64,000 nucleotides of DNA from Burkholderiales bacterium (GTDB lineage: Bacteria > Pseudomonadota > Gammaproteobacteria > Burkholderiales > SG8-39), in NCBI GenBank assembly GCA_023383795.1, contig JAHDYJ010000008.1, positions 3,582-67,581 of the forward strand, in the 5' to 3' direction. Numbering within the stretch: position 1 is the first letter of the stretch; each line of letters starts with the position of its first letter. The notes beneath the pieces were generated by a model. It was not told the origin of the DNA, searched no databases, and saw only the letters and a program-made list of their open reading frames with translations. Below are positions 17,101 to 25,275 of the stretch, in pieces. The translations under genes and the position numbers were made by a program.

Positions 17101-17706
17101 CTGCGGATCTTCGGCGGCACGATCAGCTCGGAGGCGCTGGCAGCCGACGGCGGCAACATCGACGTCCGCGTCGGCAACCTCGTACACCTGAAGAACGCCG
17201 AGATCTCCACCGCGGTGGGCTCGGGCGAAGGTCGCGGCGGCAATATCACGATCGACCCGACCTTCGTGATCCTGCAGAACTCGAAGATCGTCGCCAACGC
17301 CTTCGGCGGGCCGGGCGGCAACATCCGCATCGTGGCGGACTACTTCCTGTCCTCGCCCGACAGCCTGATCGACGCCTCCTCGCAGCTCGGCGTATCGGGC
17401 CGCGTGGACATCTCGGCGCCGCGCACGGACCTCAACAACGGGCTCAAGCCGCTGCCGGAACAGTTCTTCGACGCGTCGACGCTGCTGCGCGAGACCTGCG
17501 GCGCGCGGGCTGCGGCGGGCGGCACGGCGAGCAGCCTGGTGGATGCGGGGCGCGGCGGGCTCGCGGCCTCGCCCGAGCGGTTCGCCGCGTCGAGCTACTT
17601 CGCGGGTGCGCCCGCCGCCGCGTCGCCGCGTGCGATGGCGGACGAACCGCTCGGCCTGAGGCTCGTTTCCGCGAAACGGGCGCGCCTGATCGCCTGCAAC
17701 GGCTAG
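14122..17706 (+). CDS. TpsA-type exoprotein: filamentous-haemagglutinin N-terminal (TPS) domain plus beta-helix repeats
   Basis: The ATG at 14122 follows GGGAGGAG (the track ORF starts at 14086). Signal peptide, then TPS motifs ANLFHSFGLFNL, NIISRVTGGQASSIDGRL and LFLINPRGVLFG. Many G-x-x-G-[DSN]-[IV]-x-[IV] repeats follow (GNAGDIDI, GDAGSISL, GRGGNITI...). Confidence 0.9.
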   Translation: MAPKRARVGVVVLGAFFLVAPLAQGQITTDGTLGPAGALAGPHYAIPADLGRQAGANLFHSFGLFNLATGESATFSGPGSVANIISRVTGGQASSIDGRLASTIPGANLFLINPRGVLFGPNASLDLTGSFSASTADYLRFADGTRFEATATPGPILTSAPPAAFGFLGPTGAVAFQGSTFDLAPGPGLSVAAGSIALDGALLRTRAADLRLAAVSAGELPLDATAAPSTGSAMGDVGVSFSQVRTVSSGDLPPGRLVIRGGQLTIADSVVRATNGSPADAPPVELLASGDLRFSGGQFLANAQGAGRGADLVARGENVTIDRAALVQAWSTTSGAVGEIDFEARNALRIVAAPDDPDYTAVNNAVFADGSGGATRLSGDTVTVDAAIVNNVTFGAGNTGPVVMRGREVILTNGAFVLNEVKPDAPGRGDDVDIAATERVFIGKHDWWDFQSEIVTVTRGPQDAGNVRVVAPLIEVIGGTVHSITNGTGNTGVLEFVGDVIRFLGGYGGIAFVDTTSEWTATGNSGNIDVRASTSFEIGRGDNPDGWSRMTTSSFGAGRSGDVTVDSPLVTVRGLQAIWSSIFGTGDGGSIRIRAHDVNVFDNGEIQTGVFWGATGRGGDIVIEGTGRLYISGFNQPLPGGGLITTLTESPGRAGDIRISIPVVETAFETGPRILSGTVGEGDAGNIEIATGRLMSRGGGIEATAFNFSSGKAGDIQIVASEAIELVGRPFYWWEGVFSRAQGTGDAGSISLAAPRVVLDDQRVWATAYYIADGGRIDIDTNELILRNGGQLDARTLDGSSGAAGSVQVRARDRIEITGMSPIDAAFSGINAQTGGSGPSGGIRIETGDLLIDRGFVKSTANGSGNAGDIDITARTVTLVNGGRIDASAAPGSSGAGGSISVNAAESIYVGGVDRSPIIVEQEPVPGADGVNQRGRPQGALASTITTSTAGSGAGGRVLLVAPRIDVASEGRIEATSTGTGNAGSIELVAPDALRIFGGTISSEALAADGGNIDVRVGNLVHLKNAEISTAVGSGEGRGGNITIDPTFVILQNSKIVANAFGGPGGNIRIVADYFLSSPDSLIDASSQLGVSGRVDISAPRTDLNNGLKPLPEQFFDASTLLRETCGARAAAGGTASSLVDAGRGGLAASPERFAASSYFAGAPAAASPRAMADEPLGLRLVSAKRARLIACNG

Positions 17707-17726
17707 CCGCGGCCCATAACAAGAAG

Positions 17727-19466
17727 ATGGTCTTCCGGCCGCGCGCCCGAGTGTCGTCTTGTGTGCGGCGCGCGCTGCCGGCGCTCGCGCTAGTCGTCGC
17801 CGCCGCGACCGGCGCCGCGCACGCGCAGGTGAGCGTGCCGCTCGATCAGCTGCCGCGCCCGCGCGACGAGCCGCTGCCGGAGCCGCCGGCGCAGGTGCCG
17901 AAGCCCGCGATCGAGCTGCCGCCCGCGGTGCCGCGCCCGCAAGAGCCGGCGCTCTCGCGCGGCGTCCGGGTCATGCCGCGCGCGTTCCGCTTCGTGGGCA
18001 ACACGGTCGTTCCCGACGCCGACCTCCAGACGATCGCCGCGCCTCTCGTCGGACGCCCGATCGGCAACGCCGAGCTCGAGGAGCTGCGGCTTGCGGTCAC
18101 GCGCCGCTACGTCGAGGCGGGCTACGTGAACTCCGGCGCCGTGATTCCGGATCAGGACGTCTCCGACGGCACGATCACGCTGCGAATCATCGAGGGGCGC
18201 CTGAGCGAGATCGTCGTGGGCGGACCGCATCATTTCCGGCCTACCTATCTGCGCGACCGGCTCGCGCTCGGCGCAGGCCCGCCGCTCAACGTGAACGAGC
18301 TGCAGGAGCGCATGCAGCTCATCCTGCAGGACCCCCAGATCGAGCGCATGGAAGCGCAGCTCGCACCCGGCGTGGAGCGTGGCGATGCGGTGCTGCGAGT
18401 GGACGTCACCGAAGCGAAGCGCTTCCTCGCGGGCGTGACGCTGTCGAACGATCGCTCGCCGGTGGTGGGCGAATACCAGGCCGAGGCGTTCGCGGCGGCG
18501 CGCAACCTTCTTGGCCGCGGCGACGCTCTCACGATCCGCGCGGCCGGCACGGAGGGGATCGGCGACTACTCGGCCGGCTTTTCGCTGCCGGTCTCGGCGC
18601 GCGGCACGCTGCTCAACCTGCGCTACACGCGCACCCGCAGCACGGTGGTGGAGCCGCCGCTCGACCAGCTCGACATCGGCGCGCGCTCGTACTCGTTCGA
18701 CGCCGCGCTCGCGCATCCGCTCTACGAGTCGTTGCGGCGGGTTCTGACCGCGAGCATCGCGCTCTCCCGGCGCGCGACGCAGAGCCTGTTCCTCGGCGAG
18801 CCGTCGCCGTTCATCCCCGGCGCGCCGGACGGCCGCACGACCGTGAGCGTGTTGCGCTTCGGCCTGGACGGCGTCTCGCGCTCGCAGCAGGAGGTGGTGG
18901 CGGGCCGCGTGCTCGTCTCGCGCGGGCTCGACGCCTTCGGCGCGACGGTGTCGAGCGATCCGCGCATCCCCGATTCGCGGTTCACCGCGCTGCTCGGCCA
19001 GTTCCAGTGGGTGCGCGCGCTGTCCAGGGACGGCCAGCTCCTCGTGCGCGCGGACGGCCAGTACGCGAACGACGCGCTGCTCGGGCCGGAGAAGTACTCG
19101 CTCGGCGGATTGGACAGCGTGCGCGGCTATCGCAAGGACGCGCTCGTGCGCGACAACGGCTGGTTCGCCTCGGCGGAGTACCGTCACCTGGTCGGGCGCG
19201 TCCCGGTGATGGGGAGTGCCACGCCCGACGAGGGCGCGGTCCGCCTCGCCGCGTTTGCCGACTACGGGCGCGCGTGGGACAAGGACGGCCCGCCGAACGT
19301 GCCGAAAGTCCTATCGAGCGTCGGGACGGGCGTGCGCTGGGAGCCGGCGCGCGGCGCGGACTTCCTGCTGTACTACGGCTACGCGCTCCGCGACCTCGAC
19401 ACCCCGACGCGCGGGCCGTCGGACCGCGGCATTCACGCCCGCTTCACGGTCAGCCGGGCGTTCTAG
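17727..19466 (+). CDS. TpsB-type outer-membrane transporter (ShlB/FhaC/HecB family, POTRA + beta-barrel)
   Basis: The ATG at 17727 within track ORF 16320..19466 gives 579 aa. Signal peptide, POTRA segment FRFVGNTVVPDADLQTIAAPLVGRPIGNAELEELRLAVTRRYVEAGYVNSGAVIPDQDVSDGTITLRIIEGRL, and a C-terminal barrel ending ...GIHARFTVSRAF. Confidence 0.9.
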   Translation: MVFRPRARVSSCVRRALPALALVVAAATGAAHAQVSVPLDQLPRPRDEPLPEPPAQVPKPAIELPPAVPRPQEPALSRGVRVMPRAFRFVGNTVVPDADLQTIAAPLVGRPIGNAELEELRLAVTRRYVEAGYVNSGAVIPDQDVSDGTITLRIIEGRLSEIVVGGPHHFRPTYLRDRLALGAGPPLNVNELQERMQLILQDPQIERMEAQLAPGVERGDAVLRVDVTEAKRFLAGVTLSNDRSPVVGEYQAEAFAAARNLLGRGDALTIRAAGTEGIGDYSAGFSLPVSARGTLLNLRYTRTRSTVVEPPLDQLDIGARSYSFDAALAHPLYESLRRVLTASIALSRRATQSLFLGEPSPFIPGAPDGRTTVSVLRFGLDGVSRSQQEVVAGRVLVSRGLDAFGATVSSDPRIPDSRFTALLGQFQWVRALSRDGQLLVRADGQYANDALLGPEKYSLGGLDSVRGYRKDALVRDNGWFASAEYRHLVGRVPVMGSATPDEGAVRLAAFADYGRAWDKDGPPNVPKVLSSVGTGVRWEPARGADFLLYYGYALRDLDTPTRGPSDRGIHARFTVSRAF

Positions 19467-20361
19467 CGCGCGCGGCGAGGTCCGGATCGTCCGCCCGCTC
19501 GGCGGCGAGCCGCCGCCAGTGCGCTGCCGCGTCCTCGCGCATGCCGAGCTCCTCGAGGAGCAGGGCATAGAGCACCCGATCGCCGAAGCGCGCGTCCGCC
19601 GCGGGGCGATCACGCTCGACGCGGGCGCGGAGCTCCGCGCCGGCGAGCCCGAACTCGGTCCAGCCTTCCGGCGCCGCGCCGTCGGCGAGCTCGGCCCACA
19701 CCTGCCAGCCGTACGTGTGCCCCGCCTCCAGGGCGACGGCCGCAGGCAGCTCGATCGACGTGGCGGCGGTGCGTGCCTCGTGCAGCGGCCGGCCGCTGGC
19801 GTCGGTGAGCTGGAAGCGATAGCTCTTGGCGCCGCTCACCGGCTCCCATCGGAACGCTGCCGGGCGCTCGAGCAGCCACGTCGACACCGGGAAGGCGAGC
19901 CGCACCGGGCGGGCCGTCTCGCCGCCGCGCATGCTGATGCTCGCCTGCGCGATGCGCGCCGTGCGCAGGCGCACCTCCTTCATCGATGCGCTCCCCGGTG
20001 CACGCGCGACGAGCTTGCCCGGCCGCACGATCTCCATGGCGCCGTTCGACCAGCGGAACGCTCCCGGCCCGAGCAGCTCGAACTGCCGCCCGCTCGCGCT
20101 GTCGAGGACCGTCACACGCGCGCCGGGCGCGAGCGAGACCTCGGCGCCGGGCGCCAGCCCGGCCAGGATGCCGACCCGTCCCCCGCCGGCGACTGTCGCG
20201 CCGCCCTGCACGTCGATTACGAGGCCCGGCAGCTCGGCCGGCCGGGCGGCTCCCGGCCACGCGAGGAGGAACCCGGCCGCGAGCGCGGCGATCCAGGCAC
20301 GCCACGCCGGCCCGCGGCGCGCCGCAGACGCGAAGCACGGGATGCGACAAGCGATGCTCAT
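19450..20361 (-). CDS. Hypothetical exported protein, last gene of the CHAT operon (possible FecR-like beta-sandwich N-domain)
   Basis: 303 aa with a hydrophobic N-terminus (WIAALAAGFLLAWPGAARPAE). The start overlaps the cyclase stop as ATGA. Amino-acid composition is not the Arg/Ala junk of shadow ORFs. The family assignment is only a guess. Confidence 0.6.
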   Translation of the reverse strand: MSIACRIPCFASAARRGPAWRAWIAALAAGFLLAWPGAARPAELPGLVIDVQGGATVAGGGRVGILAGLAPGAEVSLAPGARVTVLDSASGRQFELLGPGAFRWSNGAMEIVRPGKLVARAPGSASMKEVRLRTARIAQASISMRGGETARPVRLAFPVSTWLLERPAAFRWEPVSGAKSYRFQLTDASGRPLHEARTAATSIELPAAVALEAGHTYGWQVWAELADGAAPEGWTEFGLAGAELRARVERDRPAADARFGDRVLYALLLEELGMREDAAAHWRRLAAERADDPDLAARARTPG

Positions 20362-22187
20362 GGCTCACCTCCGCGGGCCGCCCGTCCTGCATCGTCTCGC
20401 GCGCGCGTTCGCGGCGGCCAGCCGAACACGCGTACCGGCGAGTGACCCTTCAGCGGCTGCTCGCCAAGGTCGTCGAACGACGCCCGGCCCCGCAGCGCCT
20501 GCACGACCGCCTCGGTCGCCACCAGCGGGTATCCGAGCCCGGCCGCGAGACCCTCGATCCGGGCCGATACGTTCGCGACGTCCCCGATGGCAGTGTACTC
20601 GTTCCGCTCGGCGCCGCCGATACGGCCGACGACCGATTCGCCGAACGCGAGCGCGAGGCCGATCCGCACCGGCTCCGCGCCCTCGGCCGCGAGCTCCCGG
20701 TTCAGTTCCTCGACCTCGGCGAAGAGCGCCCGCGCGGCGAGGAACGCATCGTGGCACGGATCGGCGGTCGGCTGCGGCGCGCCGAACAGGCACATGATGC
20801 CGTCGCCGCGGAAGTTGTCCAGCGTACCCCCGTACCGGTGTACCGCGCCGGCAACGCGCGTGAAGTAGCGGTTCAGCAGCCGCACCGCCTCTTCCGGCGC
20901 GACCCGCTCGGAGTACGGCGTGAAACCGCGAATGTCGCCGAACATCACGCAGAGCCGCCGCCGTCCGCTGCCCACCGCGGTGTCGAGCTCGCCGCGCAGG
21001 ATCAGGTCGAGCACGTTCGGGCTCACCGCGCCGGCGAACGCCGCCCGGAGCCGCTGCCGCTGGCGGCGGTTGAACCAAGATTCGTAGCCGACGCGCAGCG
21101 TGCCGGCGAGGCCCGCCGTCGCGATCGCGCCCGCGACCGGCAGGTAGACGCCGCGCTGCAGGAGCCAGGTGCCGAGGCTGAAGGCGCCCGCCGCGAAGAT
21201 CGCCAGCGCCGCGACGCCGCCGCCGACGCCGGCAAACGCGAACCACATGCCCGCGCCCGCCAGCACCAGCAAGAGCGTGGCGGCGACCGGAGCGTCGGCA
21301 ATGGCGCCCGGGCCGAGCAGCGTGCGCAGCGCCTGGCCGTGCGCCACGACCCCGGGCACGGTGCTCGAGGTCTCCCAGCCGGCGAGCTGCACCGGTATCC
21401 GGTGGCGGTCGACGAACGGCAGCACGCTGCCGACCAGCACGACACGATCCGCGAACGCCGACTGCAGGCGCTTCGCGTCGTCCGCCGCGGCCCACGCGCT
21501 CACCTCATGGGCCGGGACGTAGCCGAACGGCGCACCCAGCGTGAAGTCGATCAGGCCGGGTCGCGGCCGCGCGCCGAGCCGGCGCGCGAGCGTTCCGGTC
21601 AGCGTCGGCACGTCGGCGTCCGCTTCGCCCTGCCGTTCGTCGAAGCGCCGCACCGCGAGGTCAACGTCGAACTCCCAGGTCGCGAGACCGAGGCCGTCGG
21701 CGCCCGCAACCGCGAGAAACGGCGCGTGCACGGGCTTGACCCGGCCGGCGCCGTCCACGCCGCGCGCGATCACCACCGGGCACACCGCGCGCAGCGCGAC
21801 GAGCGCCCGCAGGAGCTCGGCGTCGAGCCCGGGCTGGACGAAGTCGTAGGAACGCTCCGGAAGCTCCACGTCCACGCCGACCGCCCGGGGGCGCGCCATG
21901 GCAAGTCCGTAGAGGACGCCCGCCAGGCGCCGGTGCCACAGCGCGAGCGGCTCCGGAAAGGCCTGCAGCGTCGCCTCGTCTATGCCTACGAGCGCCACGT
22001 CGACTGGCGCCGGACGCGGCTGCAGCGCGCGCAGCGCGCGGAACTGCGCGTCGAGGAGCTGCAGCTCGAGCCAGCGCGTGAACGGGGCGAGCTGGAGCGC
22101 GCCGCAGACCGCGGCGATCAGGAGCCACGCGGCGGCCGCGCCGCGCGGGGTCAGGGCGTCCTCCGAGCGCGCCGGGACTGTCGACAT
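20358..22187 (-). CDS. CHASE2 sensor domain - transmembrane - class III adenylate/guanylate cyclase
   Basis: The internal ATG at 22187 of track ORF 20358..22499 gives 609 aa. Order: N-terminal TM, periplasmic CHASE2-like region (VALVGIDEATL...VGVDVELPE...VLVGS), hydrophobic segments at about aa 300-360, then the cyclase domain (LCVMFGDIRGFT...GDGIMCLFGAP...YTAIGDVANVSARIE). Confidence 0.9.
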   Translation of the reverse strand: MSTVPARSEDALTPRGAAAAWLLIAAVCGALQLAPFTRWLELQLLDAQFRALRALQPRPAPVDVALVGIDEATLQAFPEPLALWHRRLAGVLYGLAMARPRAVGVDVELPERSYDFVQPGLDAELLRALVALRAVCPVVIARGVDGAGRVKPVHAPFLAVAGADGLGLATWEFDVDLAVRRFDERQGEADADVPTLTGTLARRLGARPRPGLIDFTLGAPFGYVPAHEVSAWAAADDAKRLQSAFADRVVLVGSVLPFVDRHRIPVQLAGWETSSTVPGVVAHGQALRTLLGPGAIADAPVAATLLLVLAGAGMWFAFAGVGGGVAALAIFAAGAFSLGTWLLQRGVYLPVAGAIATAGLAGTLRVGYESWFNRRQRQRLRAAFAGAVSPNVLDLILRGELDTAVGSGRRRLCVMFGDIRGFTPYSERVAPEEAVRLLNRYFTRVAGAVHRYGGTLDNFRGDGIMCLFGAPQPTADPCHDAFLAARALFAEVEELNRELAAEGAEPVRIGLALAFGESVVGRIGGAERNEYTAIGDVANVSARIEGLAAGLGYPLVATEAVVQALRGRASFDDLGEQPLKGHSPVRVFGWPPRTRARDDAGRAARGGEP

Positions 22188-22207
22188 CGGGCGCCCCGGG
22201 TCGAGCG

Positions 22208-22921
22208 TCACTCGGCGCGATCGAAAGCGGCCACCTCCGCGAGGCCGGCCTGCTCCAGCAGCGCCGCGCGGACCGCGCGCAGGCCGCGATCGCCCGGGCG
22301 CGCCGCGACGCCCGCGGACAGCGTCGCGAGCGCGTCGTACCACAGACCTTCGGCGGCGAGCGCCCCCGCGCGACGCCCGGGGTCGGTCTCGCGCAGCAGG
22401 TCGTGCAGCGCGTCCGACGGCGCCACGCGCATGATCGCGCCGCCCGCCACGACGTCCCGGGAGCGCTGCTCCGGATCGAGCACGACGGCGACCGACCACT
22501 CGTACTGCACGTTCGGCTCGAGCCGGACGCCCGCGCGCCCGGAGTCGAACGACTGGATCCCCGCGCGATCGCCGGCGACATGCGCCTCGACGAGCGGGCT
22601 CGACCGCCGCGGATCGATCAGGACGAGCTCGATGCGCGCCCCGGTCGGCGCCGACAGGAACCAGTGCAGCGTCGGCTGCTCCGAGAGCGTGAGCCCGAGG
22701 TGGTCGGGCGCCAGCACCTCGACGCGGGGCACGCCGGCCAGCAGCGCGCGCGCGACGCCGCCGATGCGGCGCGGCGCGGGATCGACCGCCGGCGCCCGGT
22801 AGTGCACGGCATCGGCCGGCGCTTCACCCGCGGCCCGCGCTCCGGGAGCGAGCGCGACGGCCGTCGCGGCGAGGAGCACCAGCGGACGCGGGACGAACAG
22901 CGATCGGATACCGGTTCTCAT
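22208..22921 (-). CDS. DUF928 domain-containing exported protein
   Basis: The internal ATG at 22921 of track ORF 22208..24316 gives 237 aa. Signal peptide, then PRRIGGVAR, VLAPDHLGLTLSEQPTLHWFL and LEPNVQYEWSVAVVLDPEQRSRDVVAGGAIMRV fit the DUF928 pattern from memory. Confidence 0.8.
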   Translation of the reverse strand: MRTGIRSLFVPRPLVLLAATAVALAPGARAAGEAPADAVHYRAPAVDPAPRRIGGVARALLAGVPRVEVLAPDHLGLTLSEQPTLHWFLSAPTGARIELVLIDPRRSSPLVEAHVAGDRAGIQSFDSGRAGVRLEPNVQYEWSVAVVLDPEQRSRDVVAGGAIMRVAPSDALHDLLRETDPGRRAGALAAEGLWYDALATLSAGVAARPGDRGLRAVRAALLEQAGLAEVAAFDRAE

Positions 22922-22977
22922 CTGCCGCTCCTTCCGCGGGCGCGGATCGATCGTTCGGCGCGCATGCGACGCGTCGG

Positions 22978-25275
22978 TCACAGCCAGTTCCCGATCACCA
23001 GGAACGGCGACCAGTAGCCCGGGTGCCGGTAGCGAAGATCGGCGAGGAGCTTGCGCTGCGCGCGCCGGAGCGCCTCGGCCTTGGTGACGCCGGGCTCGCC
23101 GAGCTGCCGGTAGAACTCGGCCACGAGCATGCTGGACGCCTGATCGTTGATGTGCCACAGCGTGGCGAGCGCGCTGCGCGCGCCCGCCTTCACTGCGACG
23201 CCGGCCAGGCCGAGCGCGGCGCGCTCGTCGCCCGCCGCGGTCTGGCACGCGCTCAGGAAGAGGAGCTCGATCGGCTCGTCGCGGAAGCGGTTCGCCTTCA
23301 TGCTCGCTTCGAGGCGGTCGATCGTCATGCGGCCGTCGTAGGTGAGCAGGAAGGAGCGGCGCGAGTCGGCGTCGAACCGGGCGTGCGACGCGAGGTGCAC
23401 GACCGCGAAGGTCTTGTCGCGCAGCTCGCGCTCCAGGTTCTCCGCGGTGAACGTCCGGTCGCGCAGCACATGGCCGGCGGCAAACGCGCCGAGCTCGTCG
23501 AGCTCGATGCCGACGAACGGCAGCGCCGGGTAGCCCTGCACCGGCTCGGTGAGCCCGCTCGCGAGAACGCGCGCGGAGCGCAGCGCGAGCGGCCGCGGCT
23601 CGACCAGCGTCAGGCTCGGCGCGGTGGCGAGCGCGTAGCGCGCGATCACGAAGTCGGTGCCGTCGTGCAGCGCCCCGAGCGGGATCGAGCGCAGCGGCTG
23701 GTCCGGCACGAAGACGAGCGTATCGACGCCCGCGTCGGCGAGCACCTTCTCCATCGGCCGGATGACCCAGTCGTAGAGCCGGCGCGCGTGCGGCAGGTAC
23801 TGGTACGTCGTGCGCTTCTCGAGCAGGCGGCGCAGCGCGAGCGCCTCGGCGCGCAGCGCCGGCTCGCCCACCGGCACCGTGAACAGCCGCATCTCGCTGC
23901 CGATGCTCACGAGGAGCTCGAGCCGGTCGGCGAGCGGCACCGGATAGATCACCGCGGTGCGCGCGGCGGTGTGCTCGACCGGGCGCGCGCGGGCGAGATA
24001 GCGCGCGACGCAGTCGTCGCGGAAGTAGTCCTCCAGCTCGACGGTCTTGAAGCGCTCGAGCACCGCGCGCGCCTCCTCGAGCCCGCTCCGCACGCGCGCC
24101 GGGTCGCCGGTGGCGGCCGCCTGCCGCAGCAGGAGATCGGTGAAGCCGAGGAACGCCGGGCCGACCTCGGCGCGGAACGACTCGCGGCTCGCCCAGAGCT
24201 CCGCGGCGTAGTCGGCCTTCACCGCGGCAAGCGCGGCGAGCGCGCGCCGGTAGGCGGCGAGCGCGTCGTCGGCGCGGCCGGCGCGATCGGCGATCCGCGC
24301 CGACTGCCACTGCCACAGGAAGATCGCCTCGGGCGCGCCGCTCGCCTGGGCCGCGAACGTCGCGCGCGCGTTCAACGACTCGGCGTCGGCGCGCCGGCCG
24401 CGATCGAGCGCGAGCTCCGCGCGATAGCCGAGCGCGTATGCGGCGGCGCGCGCATCGCCGAGCCGCTCGGCCATCCGCTCCGCGGCGGCGAGCGACGCTT
24501 CGGCCTCGCCGCGCAACGCTTCCGCCGGGCCGCCGCCCGCGGCCCGCCGCAGCAGCTCGCCGGCGCCGGCGAGCTGGAACGCCGATTCGCGCGAGTCCGG
24601 AAGCGTGCCGAGAACCGCGATCGCTGCGCGCGCGGAGGCGGCCGAATCGGCGTGCCTTCCGGCGCGCTGCAGGACCCGCGCGGCGTTCACCTGCGCCTGG
24701 GCGGCGAGCAATCCGTCGTCGGCTGCGCGCGCAAGCCGTGCCGCCGCCGCGAACGCCTCAAGCGCCGGCGTCGTCCGGCCGTCCGCCGCGAGCGCGAGCC
24801 CGCGATCGTTCTGCACAGCCGCCTCGATGCGCGGCGCCTGCGCCCGACGCGCGAGCTCGAGCGCCTGCGCGAGCACCGGTTCGGCGCGCTCCGAATCCCC
24901 GGCGAGAAAGTACGCCTGGCCGAGCGCGCCGGTCAGCGCGGCACGAAGCCCCGCTGGTGCGTCGCGGCCCTCAAGCAGGGCGACGGCCTCCCGCAGGTCC
25001 GCGAGCGCGTCCGACCGGTGCCCGAGCGATTGCCGGACCTCGGCGCGCCGCGCGAGCGCTTGGGCGAGCGCGAGCGGCTCGGCGCGCTTGCGCTCTGCCT
25101 CGACCGCGTCGGTCGCGCGACGGGCCGCCGCTTCCCAGGGGTCGGTGGCGGAGCGGGAAACGACCGGCGCGCCCGGTCCGACCGCGCGCCCGTCCGCTTC
25201 CTCCGCCGCGTGCGCGGCGCCGGCGGCGCCGAGCTGCAACGCCAGGCTTGCAGCAGCGAGCGCTCGGGCCTTCAC
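22978..25275 (-). CDS. TPR-repeat CHAT-domain (caspase-fold) protease with signal peptide
   Basis: 765 aa. Signal peptide MKARALAAASLALQLGAAGAAHAAEE, a long Ala/Leu-rich TPR-like helical region, and a C-terminal CHAT domain with a His/Cys dyad context (VVHLASHARF ... LLFLSACQTAAG). Confidence 0.9.
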   Translation of the reverse strand: MKARALAAASLALQLGAAGAAHAAEEADGRAVGPGAPVVSRSATDPWEAAARRATDAVEAERKRAEPLALAQALARRAEVRQSLGHRSDALADLREAVALLEGRDAPAGLRAALTGALGQAYFLAGDSERAEPVLAQALELARRAQAPRIEAAVQNDRGLALAADGRTTPALEAFAAAARLARAADDGLLAAQAQVNAARVLQRAGRHADSAASARAAIAVLGTLPDSRESAFQLAGAGELLRRAAGGGPAEALRGEAEASLAAAERMAERLGDARAAAYALGYRAELALDRGRRADAESLNARATFAAQASGAPEAIFLWQWQSARIADRAGRADDALAAYRRALAALAAVKADYAAELWASRESFRAEVGPAFLGFTDLLLRQAAATGDPARVRSGLEEARAVLERFKTVELEDYFRDDCVARYLARARPVEHTAARTAVIYPVPLADRLELLVSIGSEMRLFTVPVGEPALRAEALALRRLLEKRTTYQYLPHARRLYDWVIRPMEKVLADAGVDTLVFVPDQPLRSIPLGALHDGTDFVIARYALATAPSLTLVEPRPLALRSARVLASGLTEPVQGYPALPFVGIELDELGAFAAGHVLRDRTFTAENLERELRDKTFAVVHLASHARFDADSRRSFLLTYDGRMTIDRLEASMKANRFRDEPIELLFLSACQTAAGDERAALGLAGVAVKAGARSALATLWHINDQASSMLVAEFYRQLGEPGVTKAEALRRAQRKLLADLRYRHPGYWSPFLVIGNWL

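Noticed and set aside
14020-17187. 1055-aa minus-strand ORF opposite tpsA1
   Set aside because: Low-complexity Arg/Ala/Asp composition with no recognisable motifs. The plus-strand frame has clear TPS-domain motifs, an RBS and a signal peptide.
14122-19466. Interpreting the TPS loci as contact-dependent inhibition (CdiBAI) or haemolysin (ShlBA) systems
   Set aside because: The gene order is A then B. There is no VENN/pretoxin motif or recognisable toxin C-terminus, no small immunity ORF follows, and the contexts are signalling genes instead.
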